From: a virus
Lineage: Duplodnaviria > Caudoviricetes
Reading direction: 5' to 3' (one strand)
Virus record (IMG/VR): IMGVR_UViG_3300029183_000248
Location: 1-31,850 of that record
Length of the DNA stretch: 31,850 bases
The notes beneath the pieces are model-generated. The model was given only the letters and a program-made list of their open reading frames with translations, had not been told where the DNA came from and did not search any database. The position numbers were made by a program, and so were the translations under genes. Positions 30,520 through 31,850 of this stretch are shown here, in pieces. Within the stretch, counting starts at the first letter, position 1, and every line of letters starts with the position of its first letter.

Positions 30520-31850
30520 GTCGCCTCCGTCTTCTGCTTGGGCAGTTCTTGTAGCATTTGGTAGGCACCGCTTGCAGCGTCTGCCTCATCGGACTCAGAA
30601 TTGTTGGTTCCGTCGAAGTTCTGCATCCGTTGAACAAATAGCTGATTCCAGGGTCCTCGCACAAGGAAAACATTTCCGGCCTCTACCTGTGCCGACAGGG
30701 GCAGTGCCCGCTTGCCCTTGTCCTCTCTGACTGGATTGCGCCTGGCGTTGTATCCGGCCAGATAGGCAACCTGCCGTTCCGCCGTCGATTTCCCCGATCC
30801 ACCAGGCTCTTGCTCGATCGCAATGAATACGTCTTTCCCGTCTTCACTGGCCATGTTCCGCATCGCGCGCTTTACCCCAAGCTCCCTCGATCGGAAGGCG
30901 TGCACGTCGAGAATGTACACGCGCTCTTCATCTCCTTCTCCCACGATCCCCATCTTGACGCATGCAGTTCGCGACGAGTTCGCCGTTGCATCGGCTTCGT
31001 CTGTTGCGGCCGTATCCCAGTAACGGAATACTGCCGTCAACGGTGGTGCCGTCCGTACGTATTTGAACCACTCTCTTTGGTAATACATCCCGGCCGAGTA
31101 CCGGATGTTCCAGTTCTGATGAAGAAGACGCTCTCTCTCCACAAGAGAAAGCTTCATCAGCTTCTTCTTGTAATCGGGATCCTTGGTCATCCCGATCTGG
31201 TTGTCTTCCATCTTTGCTGGAATGAACGTCACCGACAAAGAGACGATATCGCCGTTCTCGTCTAACTGTGGTTCGTCGAACCATTCGACCTGGTCGTTAT
31301 TCCCCATCATCATGTGACGATGAACGCCCGACCGTTCCTCTATCGGTTTCCCTGTACCTTCGTCGATCCACCAGTCAATGAAGTCTCGTAGCCACCCACC
31401 GACTTCGTCCTCTCGATCGATCGGATTGCAAGTGGCGCGTATGTATGGGTGCACCTTTGCATCGGGGTTTCTGTTGCGCGACATCATGTACTCAAACTGC
31501 TTCCAGGTGAACGTCTCCAACTGGTCGAAGTTGATCAGACTGATCTGCCACCCCTTGAAGTTGAAGCGGTCCTTCTCGTGCTGCATGTGATTGAAGGAAA
31601 CTTTTGCGCCAGATGGGAAGCTGTACCAGTGCTTACTTTGGTTCGGTTTTGCGTCGATACCAGGGACCGTATAGAGATCCATCGACTCGTCCCACATACC
31701 CCCGACACCTTCGATGTCTGTAGTGAGTCGTCTGAACGTCACGCATGTAAACCCGGGATCCGAAACGTGTGCGAGTGGTTGTAGCAGGAGGGCAAAGGTC
31801 TTGCCGCCGAAAGCGGCTCCACCGTAGATAACGATGTCTGCTGAGTTGGA
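30513..31850 (-). CDS. terL: Terminase large subunit (5' end outside the window)
   Basis: The frame stays open to the window edge: ADIVIYGGAAFGGKT (Walker A), INFDQ (Walker B-like), RATCNP, RYWDTAAT, EQEPGGSGK, DKGKRA.P.SAQVEAGNV, DEADAASGA (RNase H-like nuclease). Confidence 0.96.
   Translation of the reverse strand, partial: SNSADIVIYGGAAFGGKTFALLLQPLAHVSDPGFTCVTFRRLTTDIEGVGGMWDESMDLYTVPGIDAKPNQSKHWYSFPSGAKVSFNHMQHEKDRFNFKGWQISLINFDQLETFTWKQFEYMMSRNRNPDAKVHPYIRATCNPIDREDEVGGWLRDFIDWWIDEGTGKPIEERSGVHRHMMMGNNDQVEWFDEPQLDENGDIVSLSVTFIPAKMEDNQIGMTKDPDYKKKLMKLSLVERERLLHQNWNIRYSAGMYYQREWFKYVRTAPPLTAVFRYWDTAATDEADATANSSRTACVKMGIVGEGDEERVYILDVHAFRSRELGVKRAMRNMASEDGKDVFIAIEQEPGGSGKSTAERQVAYLAGYNARRNPVREDKGKRALPLSAQVEAGNVFLVRGPWNQLFVQRMQNFDGTNNSESDEADAASGAYQMLQELPKQKTEATW

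Noticed and set aside
1-31850. Stop-codon reassignment, CRISPR array, diversity-generating retroelement, intein or intron
   Set aside because: Genes are full length under the standard code with TAA, TAG and TGA all used as stops. No repeat-spacer array, reverse transcriptase, adenine-variable repeat pair or splicing motifs were seen by eye.

Overview
This window is the late (morphogenesis) region of a tailed dsDNA phage or prophage with a siphovirus-like layout. All credible genes lie on the minus strand in one tightly coupled run, read from right to left. Head module: large terminase (5' end cut off by the window), portal, an inserted block (lectin-like fibre, small adaptor, two signal-peptide proteins including a CE4 deacetylase-like protein), Mu gpF/SPP1 gp7-like head protein, DUF2213 protease-scaffold, decoration protein and an encapsulin-like HK97 major capsid protein. 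A seven-gene glycan-modification cassette follows (Maf/DUF115-like, GT8-like, hypothetical, SAM methyltransferase, NDP-sugar epimerase/dehydratase, GT2, sulfotransferase-like) and is translationally coupled into the head-tail adaptor gene. Tail module: neck genes, tail tube, two tRNAs (Pro-UGG, Gln-UUG) inside the tail operon, a -1 frameshifted chaperone pair, tape measure, a GTA-like tail tip (DUF2460, DUF2163/BR0599, NlpC/P60, megatron-like) and two paralogous DUF2793-like fibres. At the expected lysis position are a PAS-domain protein with two TM helices and an XhlA/holin-like membrane protein. The best candidates for new biology are the putative virion glycosylation cassette, the PAS-fused holin-like protein, the exported proteins inside the head module and the tRNAs punctuating the tail operon. 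All family calls come from motif recognition by eye; no database searches were run.
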